Source of the DNA: Vulcanimicrobiota bacterium
GTDB taxonomy: Bacteria; Vulcanimicrobiota; Vulcanimicrobiia; Eremiobacterales; Eremiobacteraceae
DNA length: 64,000 bases
Assembly: GCA_963805945.1 (NCBI GenBank)
Contig: CAWDVP010000006.1
Coordinates: forward strand, 448,001 to 512,000
Direction: 5' to 3'
Shown piece after piece: positions 63,149-64,000 of this stretch. Under the pieces are notes generated by a model. That model searched no databases. It saw nothing but the letters and a program-made list of their open reading frames with translations, and had not been told where the DNA came from. Made by a program: the position numbers and the translations under genes. Every line of letters begins with the position of its first letter. Positions within the stretch are counted from its first letter, which is position 1.

Positions 63149-64000
63149 CTACGCGTTCGCGCGGCGTTCCTTGACGAGTCTGGTGAGTTCGGGGACGATC
63201 TGGAAGATATCGCCGACGACGCCGAGGTCTGAGAACTCGAAGATCGGCGCGTTGGGGTCCTTGTTGATCGCGACGATCGTGCCGGCGGACCGCATGCCGA
63301 CCTTGTGCTGGATCGCGCCGGAGATGCCGCACGCGATGTAGAGCTGCGGCGCGACGGTCTTGCCGGTCTGGCCGACTTGATGCGAGTGCGAGATCCAGCC
63401 TGCATCGACCGCGGCGCGCGAGGCGCCGACCGCGCCGCCGAGCGCATCGGCGAGCGCCTCGATGATGTCGAAGTGCTCCGGTCCGCCCAGACCCCGGCCG
63501 CCCGAGACGACGATATTGGCCTCCTCGACGGACAACTTGCCCGCCTCTTGCGCGATGTTCTCTTCTATTTTCGCGGCGTACGTCTTGCCGGCGGGGCTCG
63601 CGAGCTGCTCGATCGCCCCCTTGCCCGGCTCGTGCTTCGCTGCGAAACTGTTCGCGCGGCAGGTGATGATGCCATACGAGGGGTTCTTGAAGCCGATCGT
63701 GCTGATGACCGAACCGCCGAACTTGGGCGACTGCACGTGGATGACGCCGTCGTTGACCGCGATATCGGTCGCGTCGGTGATCACGCCGGCGCCGAGGCGC
63801 ACGCCGAGGCGTGCGGCCACGTCTCTGCCGAGGTTGGTGTTGGGGAACAGCGCGAGCGATGGGCCAAGCGTGGTGAGGAGCGCTTCGACGGCGTCGACGG
63901 CGGGGTCGCCGAGGAAGCCGTCAAGCGCGTTGTCCTCACCGACGTGGATCGCGTCGATCGGCGTCGTCTTGAGCTGCTCGGCGGCCTTGCCGGCGCCTTT
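63149..64000 (-). CDS. etfA: Electron transfer flavoprotein alpha subunit, 5' end beyond window
   Basis: VVSGGRG, GASRAAVDAG, QVGQTGK, LYIACGISGAIQH, AINKD..APIF. Confidence 0.95.
   Translation of the reverse strand, partial: KGAGKAAEQLKTTPIDAIHVGEDNALDGFLGDPAVDAVEALLTTLGPSLALFPNTNLGRDVAARLGVRLGAGVITDATDIAVNDGVIHVQSPKFGGSVISTIGFKNPSYGIITCRANSFAAKHEPGKGAIEQLASPAGKTYAAKIEENIAQEAGKLSVEEANIVVSGGRGLGGPEHFDIIEALADALGGAVGASRAAVDAGWISHSHQVGQTGKTVAPQLYIACGISGAIQHKVGMRSAGTIVAINKDPNAPIFEFSDLGVVGDIFQIVPELTRLVKERRANA

Overview
High-GC bacterial chromosomal window, gene-dense and mostly housekeeping. Outer-membrane barrels and RseB point to a diderm; taxonomy cannot be fixed from the sequence. Contents: a peptidoglycan-recycling operon (nagZ, AmiE-like hydrolase, anmK, murQ), an M16 peptidase and a CBM9/DUF5916-type envelope protein, thiolase/MaoC/ornithine cyclodeaminase, mqnD, SufT-like and ABC-2 genes, a glycogen cluster (glgP, two GH57, glgC, GH63, flavoprotein reductase, glgB, glgA), an accessory patch around tRNA-Asn (Gly/Tyr repeat protein, DUF2092, CYTH-like, ChrA, FGE, barrel), ahcY-metK-hemE-hemH-hemG, fchA-folD, an ECF sigma/anti-sigma/RseB triad, HDAC, TPR and etfA. 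The most striking signal is a family of about 22-nt REP-like hairpins (8-9 bp stem, 4-nt loop, often led by GTAG). They sit between genes and also in frame inside loops of up to four enzymes (NagZ, ornithine cyclodeaminase, GH57, HemG); the HemG copy matches an intergenic copy at 25/26 nt. Also notable: a shared ECF promoter motif (CGCAAC-N16-GCGTTA) and a FolD lacking its cyclohydrolase lysine next to fchA. Many single-base frameshifts, including in metK and hemE, indicate an error-prone consensus. All family assignments come from motif recognition by eye; no database search was run.
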